A DNA stretch of 64,000 nt from the human T2T-CHM13v2.0 reference genome, Homo sapiens: the NCBI RefSeq assembly GCF_009914755.1, contig NC_060928.1; one strand, written 5' to 3'. Made by a program: the position numbers and the translations under genes. The notes beneath the pieces were generated by a model. It was not told the origin of the DNA, searched no databases, and was given only the letters and a program-made list of their open reading frames with translations. Shown in pieces: positions 1-13,540 of the stretch (its first letter is position 1; each line of letters begins with the position of its first letter).

Positions 1-189
1 TAGGAAGGATGGGCCTGTAGAACACTTCAACTCTCCATGGATCTAAGAACCAGAGACAGAAGCAATAACAGAGGGTGCTGATAGAGCTGCTACTATTATA
101 CAACTACTAAGACTTTATTGCAATTTTACAACACATATAATTTGTGTATAATCGGTTCCTCTATCTTTGTGTTTTGGGTGTTATTTTGT

Positions 190-320
190 ACATGTTTCCC
201 TCACTAACACACTTGGCTCTGAGTTCCTTGATGAAGGAGATTTGCTCATCTCTGTATCCTCAATACGTATATAAAATACCTACACCAACGAAAAACTGTA
301 TATAATAAGTGTTTGTAATA
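190..320 (+). mobile_element. L2 3'-end fragment (degenerate)
   Basis: CTGAGTTCCTTGATGAAGGAGA...CATCTCTGTATCCTCA...AATAAGTGTTTG resembles the L2 3' terminus; boundaries approximate. Confidence 0.4.
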
Positions 321-601
321 GAGTGTTATAATTAACTACACAGAAATGTGAAAATAAAGGGCATAAATATGTGTGCTCAGAATCTTTTTGTGTTTCTTTT
401 CAGACATACATGCAAACCTTAAGTCTTACTAATAGCAAACTATCAGAAAATAGACACTTGGAACTATAAGGATATTATTTTAGACATGGTGCTCTTTTAG
501 GCAATAATTACTAAAGAACAAGAACCTATCATGTTTAAATATATATGATTACTTTTATACAAACATATTATGTGCTAAAAATTATAAAAATATTGTATTT
601 A

Positions 602-1010
602 TGTATTATGTCATTCTTGTATTGCTATAAAGTAATACTCGAGACTGCGTAATTTATAAAGAAAAGAGGTTTAATTGGCTCACAGTTCTGCAGGCTGTAC
701 AGGAAGCATGGCACCCACATCTGGTCTGCTTAGCTTCTGGCGAGGCCTCAGGAAGTATTTACTTATAATGGAAGGTGAAGGGGTAGCAGACATGTCACAT
801 GGCAAAAGCAAGAACAAGGGGGTGGGGAGGTGTCACGCATCTTCAAAGAACCAGATCTTGCATGAACACACTCACTATGACAAGGACAGCACCAAACCAT
901 GAAGGATCCGCCTCCATCACCCAAACACCTCCTACCATGCCCCACCTCCAACATCGGGAATTTCATTTGTACATGAGATTTGGATGGAGACAAATATCCA
1001 AATCATATCA
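602..1010 (-). mobile_element. MSTA/MSTB-type MaLR solo LTR
   Basis: TG...CA termini; typical GAGACTG..TAATTTATAAAGAAAAGAGGTTTAATTGGCTCACAGTTCTGCAGG; 5-bp TSD ATTTA at 597-601 and 1011-1015. Confidence 0.9.
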
Positions 1011-1159
1011 ATTTACGTGTGTATTTATTAGGTAAAATGACCAAATGTAAACATTTTTATAGCTGTACTTATAATTTCCAAACAAAATTTTATCTTAGTT
1101 AGAATTATATTTTCTATTTTTATAAATAATTTTGTGCCACAAATATTCAGTTTAGCTCA

Positions 1160-1611
1160 ATATTTAGACTTCATAAAGGGCAGCTATGACTCACTCAAAA
1201 GGGATAATTTGTCAGAGTTCAATGAAGAATAATTTTAGAAAGATCTAAGGGAAACCAAGAAAGAATGATGCATGTCTAGCAGTCATGGGTAGATGGATGG
1301 TGACTGTGCCACCATGGCAGACATGGGGAGGTAGCAAGTGGCAGAACTTATAAGAGAGAGCACTTTGAAGAGGGCCGCACAGCATTGGCTATAGACGCGC
1401 TACATAGTCAGGAACCAGGGTATGAAGACTCTGGCTGTCCTCTCCTCCTGCCTTTTAGAAGAAGATCTGCTGGTGCATCTCCCAGGCTTGGTGCAGCCCA
1501 GATGGTGTAGTCCCTTGAAGGACACTGTTCCAGGTCACAAAGCAGGGTGGAGGAGAATGGAAAGACAGTCTGTGGGGGGAGGGGGAGGGCTGTAAGAAAA
1601 TGTCCAGAACA
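1160..1611 (-). mobile_element. LTR33-like ERVL LTR
   Basis: Collinear blocks CACTCAAAAGGGATAATTTG, AGGGAAACCA, GAGGGCCGC, CACAAAGCAGGGTGGAG and terminal TGTCCAGAACA match recalled LTR33 consensus. Confidence 0.65.
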
Positions 1612-2112
1612 GCATGCTTATGTGACATTATCTTAATGTAATAATAATAAAATAAACTGCTTGCTTTTATTCTGTTGCACAGAGAGGATAAAATTATATG
1701 AATTTCTTTTAGAGTATGGAAAATAAGTTGTAACTAATATATATATATGAAACCAACATTATATTATAAATATATATAATATATATAAGACATTGAATGT
1801 CTCATTCTTCTCAATGACTTTTTAAAGTTCAGATTCTACTCTCTATAATGATGACTAGTTCACAGAACATAAACCAGGTATATGTATTTCTGAGGTTATA
1901 GCTGATAAAATTTGTAAACTAACAAAGATGTCATTGGATTAAAACACAATTAGAAACAGTGTTTTGGTTTAATTTCTTTACAGCTACTCAGTGATTGTAA
2001 ACTTCACACATTAACTCACAACAAAGTACAAAGTTCTTGTGTATACACTGCAATATTTTTTTATACTATGGAAGACATAAACTCCCCCCCGTATCTTTGT
2101 ATATAACCTCAC

Positions 2113-2135
2113 TTTTTTTTTTTTTTTTTTTTTTT
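2113..2135. repeat. poly(T)23
   Basis: Uninterrupted T run. Confidence 0.95.
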
Positions 2136-2316
2136 GCGGGAATGGGTGGGTGCGGTGGCTATGATACCTAGAATTTCATTTTCATTTCCCAGGAGAAAAC
2201 ATCATTGTAAAATCTTATCTTTATCTGGAAAATTTAGATAAGTTTTCAATATATTGATTCAGTAGTAGAGAGATTGTTTTTAAAGTCTACCAGCAGCTTC
2301 TCTACATGAAAATTAA

Positions 2317-2688
<372 letters not shown>

Positions 2689-2900
2689 TGAACCACTGTT
2701 TTTCTAAAAAAATTTGGAAGTTGGTCATTAGTATAGTGATAATATACCACCAAGCCTGAATCATGCACAGAGAAATGAAGTTGACATTTTGCTTCCAGAG
2801 TAGTTTTCTTGTAAGTACTTAAAAACATTAACTATGGAAGAGCTAATGCGGTATTAACACATGAGCTGCAACATCACTCCATAGCTCATTCAAGCTACGT

Positions 2901-2972
2901 ATGACAAGTAAGTATCCACTAAAGTCAATTTTCTAATGAGAAGTAAGTATCCACTGAAGTCAATTTTCTAAT
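2901..2972. repeat. 35-bp tandem duplication (2 copies)
   Basis: ATGACAAGTAAGTATCCACTAAAGTCAATTTTCTA followed by ATGAGAAGTAAGTATCCACTGAAGTCAATTTTCTA, 2 mismatches. Confidence 0.95.
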
Positions 2973-3554
2973 ATCATCCTAGGCTGAGACTCTCCAGGAT
3001 GTAGACAGGGAAGGGAAAGTAGGAAGAATACAAGAAGACGTCTAGCATGGCAAGAACAGAGTAACTCTTCTGACTTTGGGGGCTGATGGCACATTTAAGG
3101 GGTAGATCATTTGTTACATGCTCTGCAACAGCCACAGATCGAAGCATTCTCTGCACATGTGCTCACTCTGGAAAGGACTGTTAGTCATACATAGTTGAGA
3201 CATATGTGTTCAAACCAAAATTTTAATCAATAATATCATTTATGTATATCAAGAATAGACTGCTGATGATGGATTAATAGATAATAGACAGATGGACAGA
3301 AATATATATATATATATACATGTATAAAATAGGGATATTTTTGAAATTCCAGTTGCCTTCTTAAGGAAAGTAAACATGGGAATATTAAATTAAGCCAAAA
3401 AGGACATTTGTTAATGCAAACAAACACAGTTTACTTAGAACAGAAACTCATTTGTCCCCCCAGAAATGTGATCGTTTTCATATAAATATTTTCAGGAAAA
3501 CTGAAGATGTCACCTGTAGGTTGCTATTAAAAAGGAAAATAAAATGATACTTAC

Positions 3555-3595
3555 CTTATTTAGTGAGCAACAGTACAGAAAACATATTTTAGAGC
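3555..3595 (-). other. Candidate 41-nt exon
   Basis: Minus strand: TTTTTTCTTGCAG|G acceptor and AAG|GTAAGT donor; no transcript evidence available. Confidence 0.3.
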
Positions 3596-4175
3596 CTGCA
3601 AGAAAAAATGTTCGCTAATAACCTGTTTTCTCCCTACATAAAAGTCATTAGATTGAGGTCAACGTTAGCTTCTTCATTCTAGTGGGAAACTTCTCTCTTA
3701 AATATCTACTTCTGAAGTTCATATTTATTTTCAGAACAGTTTTATGATAATGATCATGATTTTCCAATCCATAAGTCCATGTTCTTTTACACTTGTATTC
3801 CACTACACAGAATACTACACATGCATTTTATACCCTTAAATTAGGTACTTAGTTTTTTGTGGTGATTATGTTTTGTTTTGCCAAACAAGAGCGGATACAA
3901 CGTTGGAATATCATCAGTTTTATATTCATGTTGACACGTGAGAAACTGTCATATCGAGACTCATGTTGTCTTGAGGTTTTCTTTCATTTTACAGATTTTG
4001 ACAATGATTACTTCCTCTGACTTAAAGTTTAGCATCAACTGCACAATGTCATAGGTAAATAGCTCAATAGTAAAGAACTGAAATTCTTATCTTTGATAAT
4101 AGAATAAGAATTTGGTAGATATACTCTGAAATGAAAAGATCAATACGTGACTATCATTCAGCTAGCATATATTGC

Positions 4176-4182
<7 letters not shown>

Positions 4183-4234
<52 letters not shown>
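4183..4234. repeat. Compound microsatellite (TG)16(TA)10
   Basis: Read directly. Confidence 0.95.
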
Positions 4235-4235
<1 letters not shown>

Positions 4236-4467
4236 TCTGTAGTTAAATTTCAGAAGAAACAACTAAAAGGGTCAAAAGTAGATGCCAGGGAGGGAAGAGG
4301 AGGAATAGGACAAGTGTTACTTACTATTGTTTATAAATGTATGCCACTATTTGATTTTTCAAACCACATATTTGTACTATTTTAATATAAAATTATTAGA
4401 TTAATAGAAATCTTAGACATCAAATTAAAAAATAGAGATACAAGAATATGTTTATTATTTCCTTTTA

Positions 4468-4582
4468 TTTAGCACAGGAATGAAAGTTTATTGAAAATCT
4501 TTAAAGCAGGAATGAAAAGAAGGCAAGAAAGTTCACTTGGAAAAGGGTCAAGTTGGCGACTTGAAAGACAAGTGCACCGTTT
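4468..4582 (-). mobile_element. Internal fragment of an ERV1 (MER4-group, MER50/MER66-like) LTR
   Basis: AAAGTTTATTGAAAA..TTTAAAGCAGGAATGAAA..AAAGTTCACTTGGAAAAGGGTCAAGTTGGCGACTTGAAAGACAAGTGCA matches a recalled MER4-group LTR block; no LTR termini. Confidence 0.55.
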
Positions 4583-7488
4583 ATTACATTCTTATATAGG
4601 TTAACCGAAAACGAAAATGTGCCTCCTCATGCACAATACAATAGTATCCGGACATTGCCAATAACCAAAACAAAGCAAAAAGTAAAGAAAGGAGGGTGGG
4701 TGACTAAGAGCATGGAAACTGAAATGTTTTCATTTCATAAGATGGATATAACATATATTAATCTTTGAAGATCATTTAGTCAGACTTTCTTATTTTACTG
4801 ACAGTGAAGCCTGGGATTAGCAAAAGCAAGTAATTGAGGATGGTTACATATCATCAACAGCAAGACTAAATCTGGGTAAAACTCTCTTGTGGGCAGGTCA
4901 GGGGCCTGTTATGTTTCAGTTGTGAAAAATCGGATGTTGTCCTTCATTAGAGAGCTGCAAAGAGAGTATTGTTCTGAACGGGGATATGGTAGTGAATAAC
5001 ATATCATACATATACCCAGAAGTATGTACCTTACCACCCAATTATGCACAAGAGGGAAAGCTGATCAATTTGGGGAAGTGTTTATAAATGTAAATTTTGT
5101 TTAAAAATGATTTGACAGTGTTTTGAATGCTCTGAAAAATAAAAAGTACTCCACATGCACGTGAGCACACCCACACACGTGATGAATGGTTTGATGAATG
5201 AAGCTGGAAATAAATATTTGGCTGTTTGCAATGTTTCTATTTTTAATATTTTCCAAGTCAAATATTTTTTTACTGAAGTTTTGAAGTATTTAATTAACTT
5301 TGTTCTTCAACTGGTGAAACTGGATTATGGTCTTTCTTGAAAAATATTCTGATATGAAAAGAATGATTAGAAAAACTAACAGTTTAATGTTGGCATATAA
5401 ACATAGAAGAACAAAATATAAATGTTCTACACTCTTACTTACACCATATATAATTAAATGTATTGCGCCATCTAAGTTAAATCTATCATTTTAAATTAAT
5501 GCATTTCTTTTCATTTAAAACTAAAAGTTTATCTGAAAGTTTGTCAGTGCATTTCTGAAAATTTTCGGTAGCTGTACTAGTTTATGAAGTTCAGCCTTAC
5601 TTGTTAACATCATTGGAACTATAATTGAGAAGAATTAAGAACTACACTAAAAAGAACTTTTCTTTAGGGTTATTTGGGATTTTAAAATCTTACAAATTTA
5701 CAAAAGAGAACATGGGCAAATTAATTAGGTTAGTTAATGTAAGTAATTCAAGAAAATTTATACTAATTTAATCTAGAAATTAGTACAATTACATCATTTC
5801 TGTTTGATTAATTAGAGACTTAAAAAAGTGATTTTTTTTTTTTTACTATTTCTAGGGAGCTGTTTGCTTCCCACCATTAGAATACCCATCGATTGCCTTG
5901 AAAATTTATGTAAACATTTAGTGGAATGTTAAATGAGACTAGTTTGTTAATTTTGTCCCCGTGATGTTCTAAATACAGAACTTGTTGTCTTTTAATAGAA
6001 AATAAAACTCATAGAACCTGTAAAAATGTATTTTTAAGCCAATCAAGACTGTTTCCAGAAAATAAAATGTCTTCTAGCAATGTTTATTTGTGATTCAGAG
6101 TTTCATCCTTTGTAATATTTTATTTAAACAAATCTTTAATATCCTATTGCTTAAATCTTTCTTTAATATTTTAAATATTAAATTTTATCTACAATTCAAA
6201 GCCAATTTATTTCCATATTTACAAAATGTAAATCACTAAGCAGCTTAATAGGTATAATATATTATTTACTAAATGATATACCAAAATTTTATTTATTAGA
6301 AGGCATTATTAATTAACAAGAAGCTTATAGCAAAAATAATTGAAGACATATCCAAGTTACAGTTATAGTTTCTCACCTTCTCTAGACAGCCAAATGGCTT
6401 TTTTACTAAATACAATAAAATTGTTGTGCACCTGCTTGCATTTTAATATATTTAAACATTAAAATAATTACTCAACACTTTTATCTGCTATCTATTAATT
6501 TTTAAAAATTCCCATGTGTCTCATGACAATGTAACTTTTCAATTTTAGTAATTTCCAGAAAGCCAAATTAGGAAAAAATATAAAACTTATATGCTTTTTA
6601 AAAATTACAGGACAGTATCTCCCAATTTCATCATTCTGATTTTATGTCTAGCCAGTATATTTCTTCACTAATATGAATGGTCTATGCTCTAAGTCATGTT
6701 TAGCAACATCTTAGCAAACCCAGTGAACAATATTTTATTGTAACTTGATCCTCACAGGAAATGAGAAAAGCTCAAATGATTGGCATTAAAAATATACCAG
6801 CAATTAGAAAACATGTAAAAAGACATATACAATAAAAACAGTTCCAATTTTTCTGTTATAAATAAGATGTTATTTAAAACCATTGAAAATTATGAAACAG
6901 TCAAATATCAATGCTTGTTATATGAATGCATCTTTATAATTTGTTTTAATTGATACATTTATTGGAGATTCCGTTACCTATTTTCCCTCACTTTATCCTG
7001 CACATATTTTCTGTGCTAGCTGTTTCATTGTCTTGTTTGTTAGCACTCAGTCGAGAAACAGCTACATAAAAAGAAACACTTTGATCATGTCTATTATTTT
7101 CACGTTAAATGTGTAGCTTAAAAATATCTGTCATTTATTCTTTGTATATGTTGCAGAGGAGGAAAAAAAGTGAAGGCAGCATCTTTGGTCTCTCTGGATA
7201 CTAGAAATTAAATTATTGTTTCATATACAGTGACACAAAATCTTATTTTCAATCAGAGCATTCCTGTCCTCTGTTGATTTTAGTGCTAGAGAAATAATTA
7301 ATATCTTCTGTATTCAACAGGCTAAGAGTTATTTACTGTACATTTTTAACTAAAGATTTTTTGGAGGGGTTTTAACTGCTTGAAGAATGTTCCAGTAATC
7401 CTGAAACAGAAATTGATTATATTATCTCTTTAATTATGGCATAGCATTTTTATTGAGTGATAATACTACCTAAAGTATGTAACTTCTA

Positions 7489-7792
7489 CATGGATGAAGC
7501 TGGAAACCATCATTCTCATCAAACCATCACAAGGACAAAAAACCAAACACCGCATGTTCTCACTCATAGGTGGGAATTGAACAATGAGAACACATGGACA
7601 CAGGAAGGGGAACATCACACACCGGGGCCTGTTGTGGGGTCGGGGGAGGGGGGACGGATAGCATTAGGAGATAAACCTAACGCTAAATGACGAGTTAATG
7701 GGTGCAGCACAGCAACATGACACATGTATACATATGTAACTAACCGGCACGTTGTGCACATTTACCCTAAAACTTAAAGTATAATAAAAAAA
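7489..7792 (+). mobile_element. L1PA3/L1PA4-like 5'-truncated L1
   Basis: L1 3' UTR with G-rich tract, AATAAA and A-tail; perfect 17-bp TSD AAAGTATGTAACTTCTA at 7472-7488 and 7793-7809. Confidence 0.95.
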
Positions 7793-9329
7793 AAAGTATG
7801 TAACTTCTAAGCAAGTCATCAATATTCATTTTAATTTCAGATAGACTAGAAATACAGATTCCTTTTTTTGCATGTGAAAGGAGATAAGTGTACTTTAAAC
7901 TCCTTAAAAGGCAATTCTGGGCTTTTTGCAGTTAGTTGATGTCCCGACCTTTAGAGCATTCTTCATGGATTCCGGGCACTGGCCCATGCTTGGCCTAATT
8001 TGACAGATATTGGGCAAGTTGTTCTCACTGGCATTCTGCTCCTTGTGTTTAAGACCTGGCAGTGACATCTTTCAGCTTAAGAAAAAACAGCATGAACAAC
8101 TGTGCTAAAAATTCTACACAGAGACATCCAAGAAAAGTTTAGTTTTTTTTTAGAAAATAACATAATTTACCACAGGTAATCGTTTGAGGGTATCACTAAA
8201 TCATATGTATTTTTCAAATAGAGAAAGCTATTTAATTGATGTTTTTAGATAAATGTACTATTCATGAAATATTTTGAGATCTCCAAATATGTTCAAGAGT
8301 TAATCTATTTTAAAAATTTTAAACACTCATTTTATCTCTGCATTCATTTATAATTTTTATTCCAAAATTCTAAGAAAATACTTTTAAGGTAAACTGTTTA
8401 TATATTTGTATTTTTGTAAAAATTAAAATAGGAATACAATCTTTATGAGTGTCTAGTTTAATAAGATTCAAAAATTATTTTAATGTATTCAGTTAGAGAT
8501 ATATCCTGTACTGATACACAAGAGAAGTATAACTTAAAATTAATTTTCTTGAATAAAATATTAAAAACGTAATAACTGAATATGTTTAAAACTAATTCAA
8601 TGCATTTTTCTATTAAGTTTTATAATATTGGAGACTAAGATTAACCAAAATATAGGCTTTGTTTTCTTTATTGGCATGAGAAAAGACAATTTTTGCAGTT
8701 ATTCTTGCCAAACCTAATTACAGGGCCTATTCAGAAGTCAAAATACATCTGGCATCATTGTGTCCTGATTGCATGATGCTACCCTCTGAGGTGACATACA
8801 GGAATGTGTTTCAAAGTGCTTGAATGAGAGATTGTTGGAGATGTAAGATGTAGCAAGCATATGTCATAGAGAGACAACCCCATTTTTCTGCTCCAACAAT
8901 ATGCATTTAAAAAAGAATAGATTCCATGTACCTATATTTTTTATAAAACCCTAGGAACAAAGCCCACTCTTCTAGTTCTGAGCAAAAGGAAATTTATGCA
9001 CAAATGATAATTTAGTTGCATATGTATGCACAGAGATTAAGTAATTTTTATTTGCTGAAACTGTTCCCATATGACAATTGTATTTAATAGAGCATGGCAT
9101 AAAACCCAATGACCAAAAACTAGAAGATTAATCCAAAGTATTTAATTAAGATAAAAATGTATTCTGTTAAGGTTTTTCATATTTTGATGCTATCTTTATG
9201 ATATGTGAAATACTGGATTAATATTCTATTTTGTTTAATTTTCTTTTTGTCAACATTTTAAGGATCACTTATATCACTGATATTTATTATTTTACATTGT
9301 TGATAGAAGATGTATATTCTCTCGCAAGT

Positions 9330-9612
9330 ATTTCTTCTCTTTCCTGCCATGTAATTGCATTTTCATTACACTTGAACTTGAATGTGTCTATGGGATTCAT
9401 TTTGGGCAATGACATGTGAGCAGGAGTGGTTACTTTCACTTCTAGGTGGAATTTTGGAAAAAAAAACAGGGTGTGATTCACCATACTCTCCCATATTGAA
9501 GATGCAGTGGAGCCGGGGCTCCTTTCTGCCTTCCATGGACATGTGGCAGAATTGAGTAACAAGCTTTGGTTGTTGTGTCACTGAAGCATAACTTGGGGGA
9601 CTCTAACTAATA
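9330..9612 (+). mobile_element. MLT1 (I/J-like) MaLR LTR, degenerate
   Basis: GGGCAATGACATGTGAGCAGGAGTG, ATGGACATGTGGCA, AAGCTTTGGTTGTTG, CTAACTAATA motifs. Confidence 0.55.
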
Positions 9613-11029
9613 AACTTGCAAAATCTTAAAAAAAAAATAAGAGAGAGAGAGATAAAAGGTTAAAAGTTGCTTGGATTGAGAAGATAGAATAAATGCTTTA
9701 TTTTCCCAAATGTGAATCTTCAAAGATGACTTTCTTTTTATGCTGCTCTGTTTCTGATTTATACACTATTAAAAATGAATGTAAAGACTGAAAATAAAGT
9801 GAATAAAGTTGTACTAGACAAAACTCATGGAGTACAATCTCACTTTTGATATTCATTTCTTCTCCTTCGTAACATAAACTTCTAATTTTCAGAAAGTGTC
9901 AGGGTTTTCAATAAAAATACTCTTTTCTTAATTTTTATACAGCTCTTTAAAGAATATGATATGCCTGCATTAGTATAGGTTGTTCTCACATAAAATAATT
10001 TGTGTGAATATAGTTTTCTTAAATATCTATATATCTTTGTCCAATTCTTTGAATACCTTATTCAACATGAAAATCTTGGGAACAACATAGTACATCAATT
10101 TTAAAGAATGTACAGAAGCTATGAAACTGATAAGATCATAATTTGAAACAATTTTAATATCTTCCCTCCCCAAATTAACCTTATTGATCATAATAAAAAT
10201 ATATGAGAACAGAAGAATAGGAGAAGAATACAAATAAATGCAACAAAATAAATAAATTATAAGATCTTTAGTAGCGTATTATGTATTTTGTTTGATGGCT
10301 TGCTGCATCTCAAGGATTTCTTCCCCACAATAGGAACACTTAAAACTATATTACTAAAAGAACACATACTGTTTGGTAATATTCAAATTGCTTGAATGTT
10401 TTGTTCCTAAATGGCTTTATTCCAGAAAAGCAGATAAAATTTAAACTTATGGAATTGACCATTCCTTCCAAAGGATGAATGCAATGTGGCAGCCTCCTTA
10501 TTTGAGGTCTGCAGTTCTCCTAAGAATCATTTCTTTGCAGCTATCTTTAGCAGGAACCACTCCCTCTTCCCAACTGCAGAGAACATGGAGGTAGAGATGT
10601 GGTGTATTCTCTTAGCTCCAAACCACTACTTTTCACTGTCTGGTAGAAATCCTAACTAGTAGATCGAACCACATAAAGTAGAAAATGTTCAACCATTTTC
10701 CACCTACACAAAAGGTAATTTCATAAGAGTCACCTATTATTTTGAATCTCATAGGACTTCCTTTTATTCACTGATATCATCATTTAACAACAATAATACT
10801 TGACTCACAGTCTATCCATTGAAATACTATAATCAAACACAAGAGTGATATTACTTTGCAGGCATTTCTATCAACACCCTTATCTTATACTTCTTTGTTC
10901 TCAAATCCAGTCATCACTACTTCTATTCTCTTTCTCCACCCTTTTGTATACCCATACTCTAAACCTTGTTGACTTGTACATATTTCATCTCTACAAATCT
11001 AAATTATTATCAGATAATTGCAAAAAGAG

Positions 11030-11460
11030 CAGCCAGGGCTCTGTGTCAGGTTCAAATCCAGTTCGCTGGTTTATTAGCTTAACATTTTCAGCTGTGTAAC
11101 TTTGAGCAAATTACTCTACCTAGTAAGCCTGTTTGTTCATCTATAAACAGAGTTTCTCAACCTCAGCACCACTGGCACTTGGCCCATATAATTCTTCATT
11201 GTGGAGGGCTGTCCTACACATTACAGGATCCCTGGCCTCCACAGTAAATGTGTAACACACGCTCCTCCAGTTGTAAAGACCTAAGATATATGGAGATTTG
11301 CCAGATGTCCCTTGGGAGACTTGGAAAGTAAAATTGCTACTCACCCACTGTCCTGTAAGATAAAGGCAGTAGTTGTATTTATCTTATATATTTAAAAGGA
11401 ATATGTCAGGAAAATAATAAAGCAAATAGTGTCATTATAAAATGAACTAGCCATCAGCAT
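11030..11460 (+). mobile_element. MIR interrupted by MER20
   Basis: GGTTCAAATCCAG...AGCTGTGTAACTTTGAGCAAATTACT...TTCATCTATAAA MIR core, resuming after 11350. Confidence 0.65.
11148..11350 (+). mobile_element. MER20 (hAT-Charlie)
   Basis: CAGAGTTTCTCAACCTCAGCACCACTG...GGGCTGTCCT...ATCCCTGGCCTC...TTGCCAGATGTCCC...CCACTG. Confidence 0.85.
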
Positions 11461-11559
11461 TATCTTCTTTGGCACTGAAAATACTGCCACAAATGGCTGA
11501 ATACTTGTCCAGACCAATAACACTACCAAATACATGATCTTTAACCACTTCTAAGTCCT

Positions 11560-11975
11560 CAGAATTGCTTGGGAATCATTCTTTATGTCCCCATCTCCAT
11601 TCCTCTCATGTCCACATCTTCATTCCTCTCAGGACATATTTAAAATCTTCCCGTTGCTGTGGGCTCAGGTAGGTGACTTGCTTTGGCCAATGTGATTTAA
11701 GAACTTACAAAAGCAGAGGCTGTTTTTATGGTTGCATTGACTTTTGTACTTGGGCCATTCACTTCAGCAGTATAAGAATTTCCCGAAATGCCCAATGGAA
11801 GACAATTGAAGCAGACCTGAACCCAACCAATAGCCTAGAGTAAAGCCCAGCCAATCCTTCAAGAGCCCAGCACAGCCACAACCTCCCATACAGACCTGAG
11901 TGAGAAATAAATGTGTATACACCACACACCAAAAGCTGCTATGGAGTAGTTTGTTACACATGGTTATTAAATTTT
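11560..11975 (+). mobile_element. MLT1 (G/H-like) MaLR LTR
   Basis: GTGACTTGCTTTGGCCAATG, GCAGACCTGAACCCAACC, GTGAGAAATAAATG, GTTTGTTACACA. Confidence 0.65.
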
Positions 11976-12754
11976 CACATCATTCTAGATATCTTTTCTT
12001 CTATCCCAATGGAAACTATTCTCTCTTCTGCCCAAGGATCATTTTCACTGTCCTCTGAATCTTGCCTTCTTGAAACTCTTACTTCAGTATGCCCAACACT
12101 GAACTTTGCTAGACTTTTGGACTTTAAGTCAGCTCCTCTCATCCTCTACAGTACCCTCCCTATCCCCAGCATATACACCCTCCCTTCCCATACTGCTCAA
12201 GCTCCAGTCGTTTCTATATAATCATGCTCTCATCTCTCCTTGGTTAGGCACTGAATGTTCTTTGGATTGAATTGTTCAGAAAATTTGGAGAAGAAAAGAG
12301 AACAAGGAAAGGTCGAATTTCTTTATATGTTCTGAATATGCAATTTTTTTTCTAGGCATTACAGATGTTTAATCCTAGATTGGTCCTTACTTTTTAAATC
12401 TGTAAAATAGATCTTCCTCCATTATTTCAGAAAATATACATGCTAATGAAGTTAAATGTACAACTTTACTCATATGAGTTGTACTTTTCAGATCTTGTCT
12501 AAAGACGTGTTTGACAGTGGTCATAAATACATACAGTATTTTCTTGTTAAAATTTAACATTTTATCTCATATTTAAGTCTTTTAAGACATCTGAAATTTA
12601 TTTGTATATGTAATGGGTTTGTATTATACCTTTTCCGTGTGATTTATTAAATAGTTGATACCTTCTTCATTGATTTACAATTCCTGCTTCTTATAACAAT
12701 AATATCCACAAATTCTTGATCTGCCTATAGATTGTCCATTCTGTTCCATTAGTC

Positions 12755-13350
12755 AATTTCAAATAAAAAACAGTTCCACATATAAATAAGAAGAGATTTT
12801 ATCTGAAAGGATTATTGCAAGTGTATAGAAAGGGACAGTTGTAATTGTAATTGAGAGGACTATTGTAATAGAAAGAACAAGCCAAGTGTAAGATTGGCAA
12901 GAATCTTAAAGGTTAGGCAGAAAACTTTTTCTTTTACAGGGAGGAGTAAATAAGGCTAGAAAGAACCGGTTGTGTGAAGTGGGATGAGCTAGGTTGGCAT
13001 GATCTAACAGGAGATCAGAGAACGTTCTGCCCTGAGCCAGCCTTTTTCAGAAGGGGCTGTTAAGGAGGCATTGTGCTCTGGCTCTGGCTGAGGTTGAGTC
13101 GAAGTTCAGGTGTCAAAATTTGGTTACCAATTATTTTCTTCCAAGTGATCAGTGGGAGGGAAAGAGTTCAGCTAATCATTTATGTGGCAAAAACTTTTGA
13201 GATTTTGTACTTCTCCTGTCATGGATAAAAAACAAAGGGTGGGGGGCATCCCTGAGTCCTACCAAAGTCATATGGAAAAGCATATTTCTTTGCAGTAAGA
13301 GGTATTCTGGAACACAAAAGGCTAGGGAATTTATTTTACCATTACTGTTG
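12755..13350 (-). mobile_element. MER67-like ERV1 solo LTR
   Basis: GACTATTGTAATAG, TCTTAAAGGTTAGGCAG, GTTCAGCTAATCATTTATG, TTTGCAGTAAG, GGAACACAAAAG match recalled MER67 consensus. Confidence 0.65.
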
Positions 13351-13540
13351 ACCAAGATCACAGCACTCTTGCAAATTTTAATACTGTTATCAATTTGCAC
13401 AAGTATCACAGTTCTATATGCTATAGCCATATAAACCTTAATATATGGTAGGGCAGCCTAGTCTTCCTTAATTTGTTTTCAAAATTGTCCTAGGTATTAT
13501 CAATCCTTTAGCCAATTTAAGAATAACTTAAAAATCAATA

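Noticed and set aside
2113-2175. Poly(T) followed by Alu-head-like GGGTGGGTGCGGTGGCT
   Set aside because: Match is only ~17 bp, with no TSD or further Alu sequence.
3995-4054. + strand 60-nt exon-like segment (TTTTCTTTCATTTTACAG| ... TAG|GTAAAT)
   Set aside because: Stops in all three frames and a moderate donor; such pseudo-exons are frequent in AT-rich DNA.
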